Assembly (NCBI RefSeq): GCF_003334785.1
Contig: NZ_QOWV01000002.1
Origin: Escherichia coli
GTDB taxonomy: Bacteria; Pseudomonadota; Gammaproteobacteria; Enterobacterales; Enterobacteriaceae
Length of the DNA: 64,000 nt
Direction: 5' to 3' (one strand)
Both the position numbers and the translations under genes were made by a program. This document shows, one piece after another, positions 1 through 9,907 of this stretch (position 1 is the first letter of the stretch; each line of letters begins with the position of its first letter). The notes beneath the pieces are model-generated. The model saw only the letters and a list, made by a program, of their open reading frames with translations. It was not told the DNA's origin and searched no databases.

Positions 1-627
1 GCGATGGCGAATGGTCATATCAATCTGATGGTGGCAGGTCTGGTCGGTGCGTTTATGACCTCGCTCTACACCTTCCGTATGATTTTCATCGTCTTCCACG
101 GAAAAGAACAAATTCACGCTCACGCCGTGAAAGGGGTAACTCACAGCCTGCCGCTGATTGTGCTGCTGATCCTTTCCACCTTCGTTGGCGCACTGATTGT
201 ACCGCCGCTGCAGGGCGTGCTTCCGCAAACGACGGAACTGGCGCACGGCAGCATGTTGACCCTGGAAATTACCTCTGGCGTGGTCGCGGTGGTCGGCATT
301 CTGCTGGCAGCCTGGCTGTGGCTGGGTAAACGTACTCTGGTGACCTCCATCGCCAACAGTGCGCCGGGCCGTCTGCTGGGCACCTGGTGGTACAACGCCT
401 GGGGATTTGACTGGCTGTATGACAAAGTGTTCGTCAAGCCGTTCCTGGGTATTGCCTGGTTGCTGAAACGCGATCCGCTGAACTCAATGATGAACATCCC
501 GGCTGTCCTTTCCCGCTTTGCAGGTAAAGGTCTGCTGTTAAGTGAGAACGGCTATCTGCGCTGGTATGTGGCATCCATGAGCATCGGTGCGGTCGTGGTG
601 CTGGCACTGTTGATGGTACTGCGTTGA
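1..627 (+). CDS. nuoL: NADH-quinone oxidoreductase subunit L, C-terminal portion (5' end outside window)
   Basis: Track ORF 4..627 is hydrophobic membrane protein sequence ending ...SIGAVVVLALLMVLR; frame is open back to position 1; followed by nuoM and nuoN in operon order. Confidence 0.9.
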   Translation, partial: AMANGHINLMVAGLVGAFMTSLYTFRMIFIVFHGKEQIHAHAVKGVTHSLPLIVLLILSTFVGALIVPPLQGVLPQTTELAHGSMLTLEITSGVVAVVGILLAAWLWLGKRTLVTSIANSAPGRLLGTWWYNAWGFDWLYDKVFVKPFLGIAWLLKRDPLNSMMNIPAVLSRFAGKGLLLSENGYLRWYVASMSIGAVVVLALLMVLR

Positions 628-669
628 GTTAAGGATTGTGGGATTGCCCCTGGGCATATAAGAACGTAG

Positions 670-701
670 GTCGGATAAGCCGCCTTCGCGGTGCATCCGA
701 C
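670..701. repeat. REP-like palindrome in nuoL-nuoM intergenic spacer
   Basis: Inverted repeat gtcggataag...gcatccgac, resembling REP element arms. Confidence 0.3.
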
Positions 702-790
702 ACTACCCCCAGTCCGAAGAGAATTTTCTGTCGTGAGAATTCGTTGAAAATCCGGTCCTGACGGGACTTTTACAAGGAATAAAGATCGCC

Positions 791-2320
791 ATGTTACTAC
801 CCTGGCTAATATTAATTCCCTTTATTGGCGGCTTCCTGTGCTGGCAGACCGAACGCTTTGGCGTCAAGGTGCCACGCTGGATCGCGCTGATCACCATGGG
901 ATTGACGCTGGCGCTGTCGCTGCAACTGTGGTTGCAGGGCGGTTATTCACTGACGCAATCCGCCGGAATTCCGCAGTGGCAGTCTGAATTCGACATGCCG
1001 TGGATCCCGCGTTTTGGTATCTCTATTCATCTCGCCATTGACGGGCTGTCGCTGCTGATGGTCGTGCTGACCGGTCTGCTCGGTGTGCTGGCGGTACTAT
1101 GTTCGTGGAAAGAGATCGAAAAATATCAGGGCTTCTTCCACCTCAACCTGATGTGGATCCTGGGCGGCGTTATCGGCGTGTTCCTTGCCATCGACATGTT
1201 CCTGTTCTTCTTCTTCTGGGAAATGATGCTGGTGCCGATGTACTTCCTGATCGCACTGTGGGGGCATAAAGCCTCTGACGGTAAAACGCGTATCACGGCG
1301 GCAACCAAGTTCTTCATTTACACCCAGGCGAGTGGCCTGGTGATGTTGATTGCCATCCTGGCGCTGGTTTTTGTTCACTACAATGCGACCGGCGTCTGGA
1401 CCTTCAACTATGAAGAGCTGCTGAATACGCCAATGTCCAGTGGTGTGGAATACCTGTTAATGCTGGGCTTCTTCATCGCCTTCGCAGTCAAAATGCCGGT
1501 GGTTCCGCTGCATGGCTGGCTGCCGGATGCGCACTCCCAGGCTCCGACCGCCGGTTCCGTTGACCTCGCGGGGATCTTGCTGAAAACTGCCGCTTACGGT
1601 TTGCTGCGTTTCTCCCTGCCGCTGTTCCCGAACGCGTCGGCAGAGTTCGCGCCAATTGCTATGTGGCTGGGTGTTATCGGCATCTTCTACGGTGCGTGGA
1701 TGGCCTTCGCCCAGACCGATATCAAACGTCTGATCGCCTACACCTCGGTTTCCCACATGGGCTTCGTGCTGATTGCTATCTACACCGGCAGCCAGTTGGC
1801 CTACCAGGGCGCGGTAATCCAGATGATTGCGCACGGTTTGTCGGCGGCGGGTCTGTTTATTCTTTGTGGTCAGCTTTATGAACGTATCCATACCCGCGAC
1901 ATGCGCATGATGGGCGGTCTGTGGAGCAAGATGAAATGGCTGCCAGCACTGTCGCTGTTCTTTGCGGTGGCAACGCTTGGGATGCCTGGCACCGGTAACT
2001 TCGTCGGCGAATTTATGATTCTGTTCGGCAGCTTCCAGGTTGTACCGGTGATTACCGTTATCTCTACCTTTGGGCTGGTCTTTGCATCTGTTTATTCGCT
2101 GGCGATGTTACATCGCGCTTACTTCGGTAAAGCGAAAAGCCAGATTGCCAGCCAGGAACTGCCAGGGATGTCGCTGCGTGAGCTGTTTATGATCCTGTTG
2201 CTGGTGGTGCTGCTGGTACTGCTGGGCTTCTATCCGCAGCCGATTCTGGATACCTCGCACTCCGCGATTGGCAATATCCAGCAGTGGTTTGTTAATTCCG
2301 TTACTACTACAAGGCCGTAA
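791..2320 (+). CDS. nuoM: NADH-quinone oxidoreductase subunit M
   Basis: 509-aa polytopic membrane ORF with antiporter-like motifs; position between nuoL and nuoN; length matches recalled NuoM. Confidence 0.95.
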   Translation: MLLPWLILIPFIGGFLCWQTERFGVKVPRWIALITMGLTLALSLQLWLQGGYSLTQSAGIPQWQSEFDMPWIPRFGISIHLAIDGLSLLMVVLTGLLGVLAVLCSWKEIEKYQGFFHLNLMWILGGVIGVFLAIDMFLFFFFWEMMLVPMYFLIALWGHKASDGKTRITAATKFFIYTQASGLVMLIAILALVFVHYNATGVWTFNYEELLNTPMSSGVEYLLMLGFFIAFAVKMPVVPLHGWLPDAHSQAPTAGSVDLAGILLKTAAYGLLRFSLPLFPNASAEFAPIAMWLGVIGIFYGAWMAFAQTDIKRLIAYTSVSHMGFVLIAIYTGSQLAYQGAVIQMIAHGLSAAGLFILCGQLYERIHTRDMRMMGGLWSKMKWLPALSLFFAVATLGMPGTGNFVGEFMILFGSFQVVPVITVISTFGLVFASVYSLAMLHRAYFGKAKSQIASQELPGMSLRELFMILLLVVLLVLLGFYPQPILDTSHSAIGNIQQWFVNSVTTTRP

Positions 2321-2326
2321 ATCGCC

Positions 2327-3784
2327 ATGACAATAACTCCACAAAACCTGATCGCACTGCTACCGTTGCTGATCGTCGGCTTGACGGTGGTGGTTGTGAT
2401 GCTCTCCATTGCGTGGCGACGCAATCATTTCCTCAACGCTACGCTCTCGGTTATTGGGCTTAACGCGGCGCTGGTTTCGCTCTGGTTTGTTGGCCAGGCG
2501 GGCGCTATGGACGTTACGCCGCTGATGCGCGTTGATGGTTTCGCCATGCTTTACACCGGGCTGGTATTGTTGGCGAGCCTCGCCACCTGTACTTTCGCCT
2601 ACCCGTGGCTTGAAGGCTATAACGACAACAAGGATGAGTTCTACCTGTTGGTGTTAATTGCCGCGCTGGGCGGGATCCTGCTGGCGAATGCCAACCATCT
2701 GGCGTCTCTGTTCCTCGGTATCGAACTGATCTCTTTGCCGCTGTTTGGCCTGGTCGGTTACGCTTTCCGCCAGAAACGTTCACTGGAAGCCAGTATCAAA
2801 TACACCATCCTTTCTGCCGCAGCGTCTTCTTTCCTGCTGTTTGGTATGGCGCTGGTGTATGCGCAGTCTGGCGACCTGTCGTTTGTCGCGTTGGGTAAAA
2901 ACCTTGGCGACGGTATGCTCAACGAGCCGCTGTTGCTGGCAGGTTTCGGCCTGATGATTGTTGGCCTCGGCTTCAAACTCTCTCTGGTGCCGTTCCACCT
3001 GTGGACGCCAGACGTATACCAGGGCGCGCCTGCGCCGGTTTCCACTTTCCTGGCGACGGCGAGCAAAATCGCTATCTTCGGTGTGGTGATGCGTCTGTTC
3101 CTCTACGCACCGGTGGGTGACAGCGAAGCGATTCGCGTGGTGCTGGCGATTATCGCCTTTGCCTCCATCATCTTCGGTAACCTGATGGCGCTGAGCCAGA
3201 CCAATATCAAACGTCTGCTCGGTTACTCATCTATCTCTCACCTCGGCTATCTGCTGGTAGCGCTGATTGCGCTGCAAACCGGCGAGATGTCGATGGAAGC
3301 GGTAGGGGTTTACCTGGCCGGTTATCTGTTCAGCAGCCTCGGCGCGTTCGGCGTGGTCAGCCTGATGTCCAGCCCGTATCGTGGCCCGGATGCTGATTCC
3401 CTGTTCTCTTACCGCGGTCTGTTCTGGCATCGTCCGATCCTCGCGGCAGTGATGACGGTGATGATGCTGTCTCTGGCCGGTATCCCGATGACGCTGGGCT
3501 TTATCGGTAAGTTCTACGTGCTGGCGGTCGGTGTCCAGGCACACTTGTGGTGGCTGGTGGGTGCCGTGGTTGTCGGTTCGGCAATCGGCCTCTACTACTA
3601 CCTGCGCGTGGCGGTGAGCCTGTATCTTCACGCCCCGGAACAACCGGGTCGCGATGCACCATCAAACTGGCAGTACAGCGCGGGCGGTATCGTTGTGCTG
3701 ATCTCTGCACTGTTGGTACTGGTGCTGGGTGTATGGCCACAACCGCTGATTAGCATTGTGCGTTTGGCAATGCCGCTGATGTAA
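2327..3784 (+). CDS. nuoN: NADH-quinone oxidoreductase subunit N
   Basis: 485-aa membrane ORF starting 7 nt after nuoM stop; last gene of nuo operon. Confidence 0.95.
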
Positions 3785-3807
3785 TCTGTTACTTTGTAAG
3801 TCAGAAA

Positions 3808-3832
3808 GCCGCCGACATGCTCGGCGGTTTTT
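3808..3832. terminator. Rho-independent terminator, likely bidirectional (nuo operon / yfbP)
   Basis: GC stem gccgccga...tcggcgg followed by TTTTT on plus strand and flanked by A/T on the other side; lies between convergent nuoN and yfbP. Confidence 0.6.
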
Positions 3833-3867
3833 CTGAAAAAGAAGGGATAGTAGATAGACGCAGAGCG

Positions 3868-4719
3868 TTAAGTGAACTGTGTACGACTATCGCCAAAATA
3901 CTCTAAACATAACTGCCTGAATTTTGCCCGCCATTCATCGATATTAAAATCATAGCGTTCCTGAAATGCAGTCGTTTCACTGGACATTATCCAGGCATAA
4001 TTATGTAACAGGGTTAATGCCTGAAGCGGTTTTCTCTGCGCAAAATAAGTATCAACACACATCTGCATCAAGGGGTAATTATTATTTTCCTTTGTTCCTC
4101 CAAAGCTAAGATCTAATCCTTGTTCTTTAATGCACTGAATCACAGGATCATCCTGGAAATTCGGGACATCTGCGGCCTGTGACAGCAAATGAATGACTTT
4201 ATTGTCAGGAACACCAAATGCCCAATTGCCAAGATAAGCATTAAGCGCAGCCTGTGCTGCAGCTTCTGTTTTTTTACATCGGCGATACTGGATTGCCAGT
4301 GCTAACCAATATTCGCTGACTTCAGGCAATTGTTCTGTTGCTCGCTGTAACAGTGGCAGTGCGTCATCAAGCCTTCCCGTTGAAAGACATTTCCGAGCAA
4401 CACGGAAGAGATTTGCTGCAAAGTCTTGATCTTCGATGCTGATGCCATTTTCATGGGGATCATCATCATTCACTTCCAGCCATTCTTCGAACTTCTTAAT
4501 GCTGGAAAAGGCAGGTACGATTCGCCATTCGTCATGGTACGTTTCGCACACTATAGGTAGTTTATGCTCCTGACCAATAGGCCAGTACAAACCGAAACAG
4601 TCTCCGTTACCATATGCTGCATCTGTAAGTACGGTAAATCCGTTCGGAGGAAAAGGCCCCGGGCAAATTCCATCAATGCCAGGTGAAATATCACTACTGC
4701 GAGGAATAAGTTTCATCAT
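3868..4719 (-). CDS. yfbP: Uncharacterized protein YfbP
   Basis: 283-aa ORF (MMKLIPRSSDISPG...); recalled as yfbP; no recognised catalytic motif. Confidence 0.75.
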   Translation of the reverse strand: MMKLIPRSSDISPGIDGICPGPFPPNGFTVLTDAAYGNGDCFGLYWPIGQEHKLPIVCETYHDEWRIVPAFSSIKKFEEWLEVNDDDPHENGISIEDQDFAANLFRVARKCLSTGRLDDALPLLQRATEQLPEVSEYWLALAIQYRRCKKTEAAAQAALNAYLGNWAFGVPDNKVIHLLSQAADVPNFQDDPVIQCIKEQGLDLSFGGTKENNNYPLMQMCVDTYFAQRKPLQALTLLHNYAWIMSSETTAFQERYDFNIDEWRAKFRQLCLEYFGDSRTQFT

Positions 4720-4774
4720 GTTCCTTCACATAAAAATTTATGTAAACATCCGCTTATCTGTTTATATAAATGTT

Positions 4775-5251
4775 TTAATCCCACCAACAAGTAACCGGAT
4801 GCATACCCACAGGGACTTCAACCCATCCATGCTCCGTATCTTCTGACCATCCTTCCCAGCACTCATCAGGGGCAATTTCTTCTACAAACCAGCTCTGAAC
4901 TTCTTCTGGTGAAGCAGTGGTGATAACTAAAATACTTTCACTAAAGGGCCAGTCTGGGTCATCGAACATCGTAATTTCTACCAAAACATCACTAACATTG
5001 TTACGCTCACGTATTTTCAGAAAATGGTGATAGATAGCTTGCGGAGATTGTTCTGGAATCACATTGCAACATATTGAACCATGGATATTATTGTCAATAA
5101 AAAAATCCTCAAGAGATAACAATGGACGAGGAGTATCAGGATTATTAACATCACCATTGATATTAACAAGTTGGGTAATGCGTTCTAAAGGTGTCATAAT
5201 TATTCCCTGAAATAATATATTCATCAAACGAATGACATTGTTTGAATTCAT
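4775..5251 (-). CDS. yfbO: Uncharacterized protein YfbO (start uncertain; possibly at 5197)
   Basis: 158-aa track ORF; internal Met (MTPLERITQ...) would give about 140 aa; AT-rich coding sequence. Confidence 0.65.
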   Translation of the reverse strand: MNSNNVIRLMNILFQGIIMTPLERITQLVNINGDVNNPDTPRPLLSLEDFFIDNNIHGSICCNVIPEQSPQAIYHHFLKIRERNNVSDVLVEITMFDDPDWPFSESILVITTASPEEVQSWFVEEIAPDECWEGWSEDTEHGWVEVPVGMHPVTCWWD

Positions 5252-5405
5252 TAGCAGATAAATAGTGACAATTCCATACGTATTATTAGTTTCAAGAGCA
5301 TCATAACATGAATGTTAAGCAGGAAAACGTGAGATATTCAGTCAGGCCGGGTCGTTATCCAGACGTTGTTATATTTAATATCATAAATATTTAAAGGGGT
5401 TTGAC

Positions 5406-6122
5406 ATGGAATGGTTAAGTGAAATTCGTAAACTTCGGAAGAACGTACCTGTCGGTATCCAGGTTGCCAGACGTTTGTTAGAGAGGACTGGCGGTGATGT
5501 TGATGAAGCCATCAAGTTGTTTCATATTGACCAAATCAATATATTGACGGCAAAAGCAGACGTCACTCATCAGGAAGCAGAGAATGTTTTGTTGGCTACA
5601 AACTATGATATTGCAGAAGCTCTTCGGCGTATTGATGAACAACGCTATACACTGACGGAATTGATTTTGCGTAAAAATAAGGATGCCGGAGATGCCTTAA
5701 ACAATATAGCATTGGCGATTGAATATGAGTGGGATCTCAAGCGTAAGTTTTGGTTTGGTTTTGCAGATATCCAATTATTACCGCCAGTTTTACAAACATT
5801 TATGCTGGTTTATGAATGGCATGAATATGTTGGTTGGGAAGGAATGGAGTGTGGGATATTTTTTGAAAGTGATCATACTCACCAGCAATTGCAAGCTTTG
5901 GGGTTATTAGAACTCGCCCAAAAAATGGTTACTGCAAGAATCCGATATGATGAGCTAAAAGACAAGGCCGAAAATTTTCACGAGATTACAGAGGATGACA
6001 TATTCAAAATGCTTATAATACATTGTGACCAACTTGCAAGAGAGGTTGATTCTATATTACTGCAATTTGTGAAGGACAATATTGATGTTTTCCCGTGTCG
6101 CCATAACAGACACGAGTTATAA
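5406..6122 (+). CDS. yfbN: Uncharacterized protein YfbN with N-terminal tandem EF-Ts-N/UBA-like motifs
   Basis: 238-aa ORF; residues about 5-40 (IRKLRKNVPVGIQVARRLLERTGGDVDEAIKLF) and about 50-75 (QEAENVLLATNYDIAEALRRI) resemble the EF-Ts N-terminal UBA-like fold pattern. Confidence 0.75.
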   Translation: MEWLSEIRKLRKNVPVGIQVARRLLERTGGDVDEAIKLFHIDQINILTAKADVTHQEAENVLLATNYDIAEALRRIDEQRYTLTELILRKNKDAGDALNNIALAIEYEWDLKRKFWFGFADIQLLPPVLQTFMLVYEWHEYVGWEGMECGIFFESDHTHQQLQALGLLELAQKMVTARIRYDELKDKAENFHEITEDDIFKMLIIHCDQLAREVDSILLQFVKDNIDVFPCRHNRHEL

Positions 6123-6394
6123 AAAATAATCCCAAAATTGAACAGGCTTTTTATCTACCTGGTAATGACAGGTTCAATTCCGTTTTCATCAAGCATGACA
6201 GATCGTTGCCAGCACAGAGGATATCGCTGTTACATACCGAATATACGGTATTGCATTTAACAATGCGACTAAGCAAGCATTTAGTAATATTTATACAAGG
6301 GGATAAAAACCGGACCATGGTTAAAGATTTTTTCAAGATGATCCTGGCGTAAATCTTAACTAATGGGTCTTTCTCCCCCAGGCATCAAGCTATA

Positions 6395-6898
6395 TCACCC
6401 AACAATAACCGTCAGCGCATGATTCCCTTGTCGCAGCATACGTCGATACGCGCTAATCAGCTTTTCCATATCAAGCATGATCGAGGCAAAGAGTTGCCCC
6501 TCTAACTCTTCTGAAAAGGTCACTCCCGGATAAATCTCCATTTCATTGAGTCGCTTAATGGAAAACTGTTTACGCAGTTCATTTCGATCCAGTGATTCCA
6601 GTCGGTCGATTGTCGCGGCTAACTCCTGATTCCAGGTCAATCCAAGGAAGCCATCTATGCCATCTTCGAGGCTGTGTTCACCAAGCACGGCACGACTCAG
6701 CGGATCATTCTTCGCGGGATCAAAAGCAGAGGTGCCTGTCAGCCCAAAGTGTAAAAAATCCCAGCGTTTATCAATATCCAGTCGGCGTAATCCTGAAAGC
6801 GTGTCATGTATATTATCCATCAAAGGTTTTTCAGTAGACTCAAGCAGTTGGTTAATCTTTTCTGAGTCAATTTCTGCAAAATAGCCAATCATTCCCAT
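6395..6898 (-). CDS. yfbM: Uncharacterized protein YfbM (DUF1877-type)
   Basis: 167-aa ORF MGMIGYFAEIDSEKINQLL...; length matches recalled YfbM. Confidence 0.75.
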   Translation of the reverse strand: MGMIGYFAEIDSEKINQLLESTEKPLMDNIHDTLSGLRRLDIDKRWDFLHFGLTGTSAFDPAKNDPLSRAVLGEHSLEDGIDGFLGLTWNQELAATIDRLESLDRNELRKQFSIKRLNEMEIYPGVTFSEELEGQLFASIMLDMEKLISAYRRMLRQGNHALTVIVG

Positions 6899-7000
6899 TT
6901 ATTTTTCCTCCGTTGAATTTCATGTTTCGCATCTTAAAACAGATGAGGGAAAATAAAATGTGCATGTCGCTTTTTCTGGACCCGCCTCGAGAAATTTTTA

Positions 7001-7978
7001 TTATTTACTGTTGTATAACAAAGTTATAACACCATCCACTACCTGAGCCATTTTCTGATAATTCAATCTGTCTGCGGTATCACCGGGCAAGTGGTATTGT
7101 TTATTACGATAAAAAGCGGTGTCAGTAATCATTATGGCGGGAATATCGTGTTGCCAATAATTCAGGTGGTCAGAGAAATCAATACCGGGAATAAACCCTG
7201 GGGTATTCATAGAATAAACAGATAAATCCTGAGATGACAACAATGCCGCTTTTACCTGACGAACGGCGTTGATATCCTGTATTCTGCCGACCACGGCAAT
7301 AAAGTCTCCCCGATCGGGATAAAGCCAGGACATTGCCGGGTAAGGGTAATTCTGGCTTCCAGGCGCAGAGTCGTAATAGCCAATCATCTCCAGTGCTATC
7401 ATTAATTTCACTGGACGCTCAAGCGAAGCTGCATGCACCGCGCTCCCCATTTCATCGCTACGAAAGAAGGGCGGTTCTTCCGACGCATAGGCGACCAGCT
7501 GCACGCCTGTTTTCGGTACTTGCTGATGTAACAAACGTGCCAGTTCGAGTAATCCTGCCACACCGCTGGCGTTATCATCCGCGCCCGGCGTATAGGTCAA
7601 TTGATCGTTTTCATAACTGCTGGCAGAGTCATAATGCGCACCAATAATAATCAGCGGTCCATCGGCAGGACCATAATCAGCAACAATGTTTTTGTAGGGG
7701 CCACCCGTAATGGGGACGTCCTGCGAGGTAACTCTGGCACCGCTACTGACAAAGACCTCTTTTATATATTCTGCGGACCTATTCAGATTATCAATATTGT
7801 CGGCACTACGTGGATGCACAGTTTGTGTAAGATAACGAACTGTTTTTTCTAATTGCTCAGGACTTGCGTGTCGGGGCGTTGACGGTAATGCATTGACCCA
7901 GGGTTGGTAAAAAATAATCATAGGGAGTAAAAACACAAATAATATAATAAAAGCAAAGATTATTTTTTTCATATGCAA
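7001..7978 (-). CDS. yfbL: Putative M28-family aminopeptidase YfbL (start probably at 7972)
   Basis: 325-aa ORF with N-terminal signal/TM segment (MKKIIFAFIILFVFLLPMII) and peptidase-like core (HYDSASSYENDQ..., GADDNASGVAGLLELARLL). Confidence 0.8.
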   Translation of the reverse strand: MHMKKIIFAFIILFVFLLPMIIFYQPWVNALPSTPRHASPEQLEKTVRYLTQTVHPRSADNIDNLNRSAEYIKEVFVSSGARVTSQDVPITGGPYKNIVADYGPADGPLIIIGAHYDSASSYENDQLTYTPGADDNASGVAGLLELARLLHQQVPKTGVQLVAYASEEPPFFRSDEMGSAVHAASLERPVKLMIALEMIGYYDSAPGSQNYPYPAMSWLYPDRGDFIAVVGRIQDINAVRQVKAALLSSQDLSVYSMNTPGFIPGIDFSDHLNYWQHDIPAIMITDTAFYRNKQYHLPGDTADRLNYQKMAQVVDGVITLLYNSK

Positions 7979-8109
7979 ATTATTAATGGGTTGCGTTGTT
8001 GAATCATTATTTGCTATGGGTTTCGATATTGTATTTTATTAAGATTAGCAGGATTATACAAAGAGTATATTTTATGTCTGGTGCCTGAGTTTATTTAAAA
8101 GGATTTTAT

Positions 8110-9837
8110 ATGCGAAATAAAAATATAATCATGTTGCTTATGAGTAGTTTGATTTTGTCAGGATGTGGGCCGCAACCTGAGAATAAGGAAAGTCAGCAAC
8201 AACAACCCAGTACTCCCACAGAGCAGCAAGTGCTTGCCGCGCAGCAAGCTGCAATAAAAGAGGCTGAGCAAAGCGCCGCCGCCGCGAAAGCCTTGGCCCA
8301 GCAAGAAGTGCAACAATATTCAGACAAACAGGCTTTACAGGGGCGATTGCAGGAAGCGCCAACATTTGCAAGAGCGGCTAAAGCAAAAGCTACACATATC
8401 GCAAATCCAGGAACCGCTCGCTACCAGCAGTTCGATGATAATCCGGTTAAGCAGGTAGCGCAAAATCCGTTGGCGACGTTTAGTCTTGACGTTGACACTG
8501 GCAGTTATGCGAATGTAAGGCGTTTCCTCAATCAAGGGCTGTTACCTCCGCCAGACGCTGTGCGGGTGGAGGAGATAGTCAATTATTTCCCGTCTGATTG
8601 GGATATCAAAGACAAACAATCTATTCCGGCCTCTAAGCCAATACCTTTCGCTATGCGCTACGAATTGGCACCTGCACCATGGAATGAACAGCGAACATTG
8701 CTGAAAGTTGATATCCTGGCGAAAGATCGCAAAAGTGAAGAGTTACCAGCTTCTAATCTGGTCTTTCTTATCGACACTTCTGGTTCAATGATTTCTGATG
8801 AACGTTTGCCACTTATCCAGTCTTCGTTGAAATTATTGGTCAAAGAACTTCGTGAGCAGGATAACATTGCCATCGTGACCTACGCTGGCGACTCCCGTAT
8901 TGCATTGCCTTCTATCTCCGGGAGTCATAAGGCGGAAATTAATGCCGCAATTGATTCGCTGGATGCCGAAGGCAGTACCAATGGCGGTGCCGGGCTGGAA
9001 CTGGCTTATCAGCAGGCGACGAAGGGGTTTATTAAGGGCGGCATCAATCGCATTTTATTAGCCACTGACGGTGACTTTAACGTTGGCATTGACGATCCAA
9101 AATCGATTGAATCAATGGTCAAAAAACAGCGGGAGTCTGGTGTTACTCTGTCGACGTTTGGCGTGGGGAATAGCAATTACAACGAGGCAATGATGGTGCG
9201 AATTGCCGATGTTGGTAACGGCAACTACAGCTACATTGATACCCTCTCTGAAGCGCAGAAAGTATTGAATAGTGAAATGCGGCAGATGTTGATTACCGTA
9301 GCAAAAGATGTCAAAGCGCAAATTGAGTTTAACCCCGCGTGGGTAACGGAATACCGTCAGATTGGTTATGAAAAGCGCCAACTTCGGGTGGAACATTTTA
9401 ATAACGACAACGTTGATGCAGGGGATATAGGCGCAGGCAAACATATAACGTTGTTATTCGAATTAACGCTGAACGGGCAAAAAGCATCAATTGATAAGTT
9501 ACGCTATGCCCCGGATAACAAATTAGCGAAATCGGACAAAACGAAAGAACTGGCCTGGTTAAAAATTCGCTGGAAATACCCGCAGGGAAAAGAAAGTCAG
9601 TTAGTTGAATTCCCGCTGGGGCCAACAATAAACGCGCCCTCTGAAGATATGCGTTTTCGCGCAGCAGTAGCTGCATATGGGCAAAAGTTACGCGGTTCTG
9701 AATACCTGAACAATACCTCCTGGCAGCAGATCAAACAGTGGGCTCAGCAGGCAAAAGGGGAAGATCCACAGGGTTACAGGGCGGAATTTATTCGCCTGAT
9801 TGAACTGGCGGATGGTGTGACTGACATCAGTCAGTGA
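8110..9837 (+). CDS. yfbK: von Willebrand factor A domain lipoprotein YfbK
   Basis: 575-aa ORF; lipobox LILSGC at N-terminus, Q/A-rich linker, vWA MIDAS motif DTSGSM (LVFLIDTSGSMISDERLPL). Confidence 0.85.
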   Translation: MRNKNIIMLLMSSLILSGCGPQPENKESQQQQPSTPTEQQVLAAQQAAIKEAEQSAAAAKALAQQEVQQYSDKQALQGRLQEAPTFARAAKAKATHIANPGTARYQQFDDNPVKQVAQNPLATFSLDVDTGSYANVRRFLNQGLLPPPDAVRVEEIVNYFPSDWDIKDKQSIPASKPIPFAMRYELAPAPWNEQRTLLKVDILAKDRKSEELPASNLVFLIDTSGSMISDERLPLIQSSLKLLVKELREQDNIAIVTYAGDSRIALPSISGSHKAEINAAIDSLDAEGSTNGGAGLELAYQQATKGFIKGGINRILLATDGDFNVGIDDPKSIESMVKKQRESGVTLSTFGVGNSNYNEAMMVRIADVGNGNYSYIDTLSEAQKVLNSEMRQMLITVAKDVKAQIEFNPAWVTEYRQIGYEKRQLRVEHFNNDNVDAGDIGAGKHITLLFELTLNGQKASIDKLRYAPDNKLAKSDKTKELAWLKIRWKYPQGKESQLVEFPLGPTINAPSEDMRFRAAVAAYGQKLRGSEYLNNTSWQQIKQWAQQAKGEDPQGYRAEFIRLIELADGVTDISQ

Positions 9838-9859
9838 TGACTGTTTAGCAAACTATGTT

Positions 9860-9890
9860 CGACCAGTCAGCATATTTGCTGACTGGTCGA
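9860..9890. terminator. Perfect 13-bp palindromic hairpin between convergent yfbK and elaD (bidirectional terminator candidate)
   Basis: cgaccagtcagca-tattt-tgctgactggtcg, flanked by A/T-rich sequence on both sides. Confidence 0.55.
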
Positions 9891-9907
9891 ATTAATTAAC
9901 AATGATG

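Noticed and set aside
6151-6336. 61-aa minus-strand ORF in the yfbN-yfbM spacer
   Set aside because: TTG-initiated, no SD, Cys-rich odd composition; kept only as part of the spacer observation.
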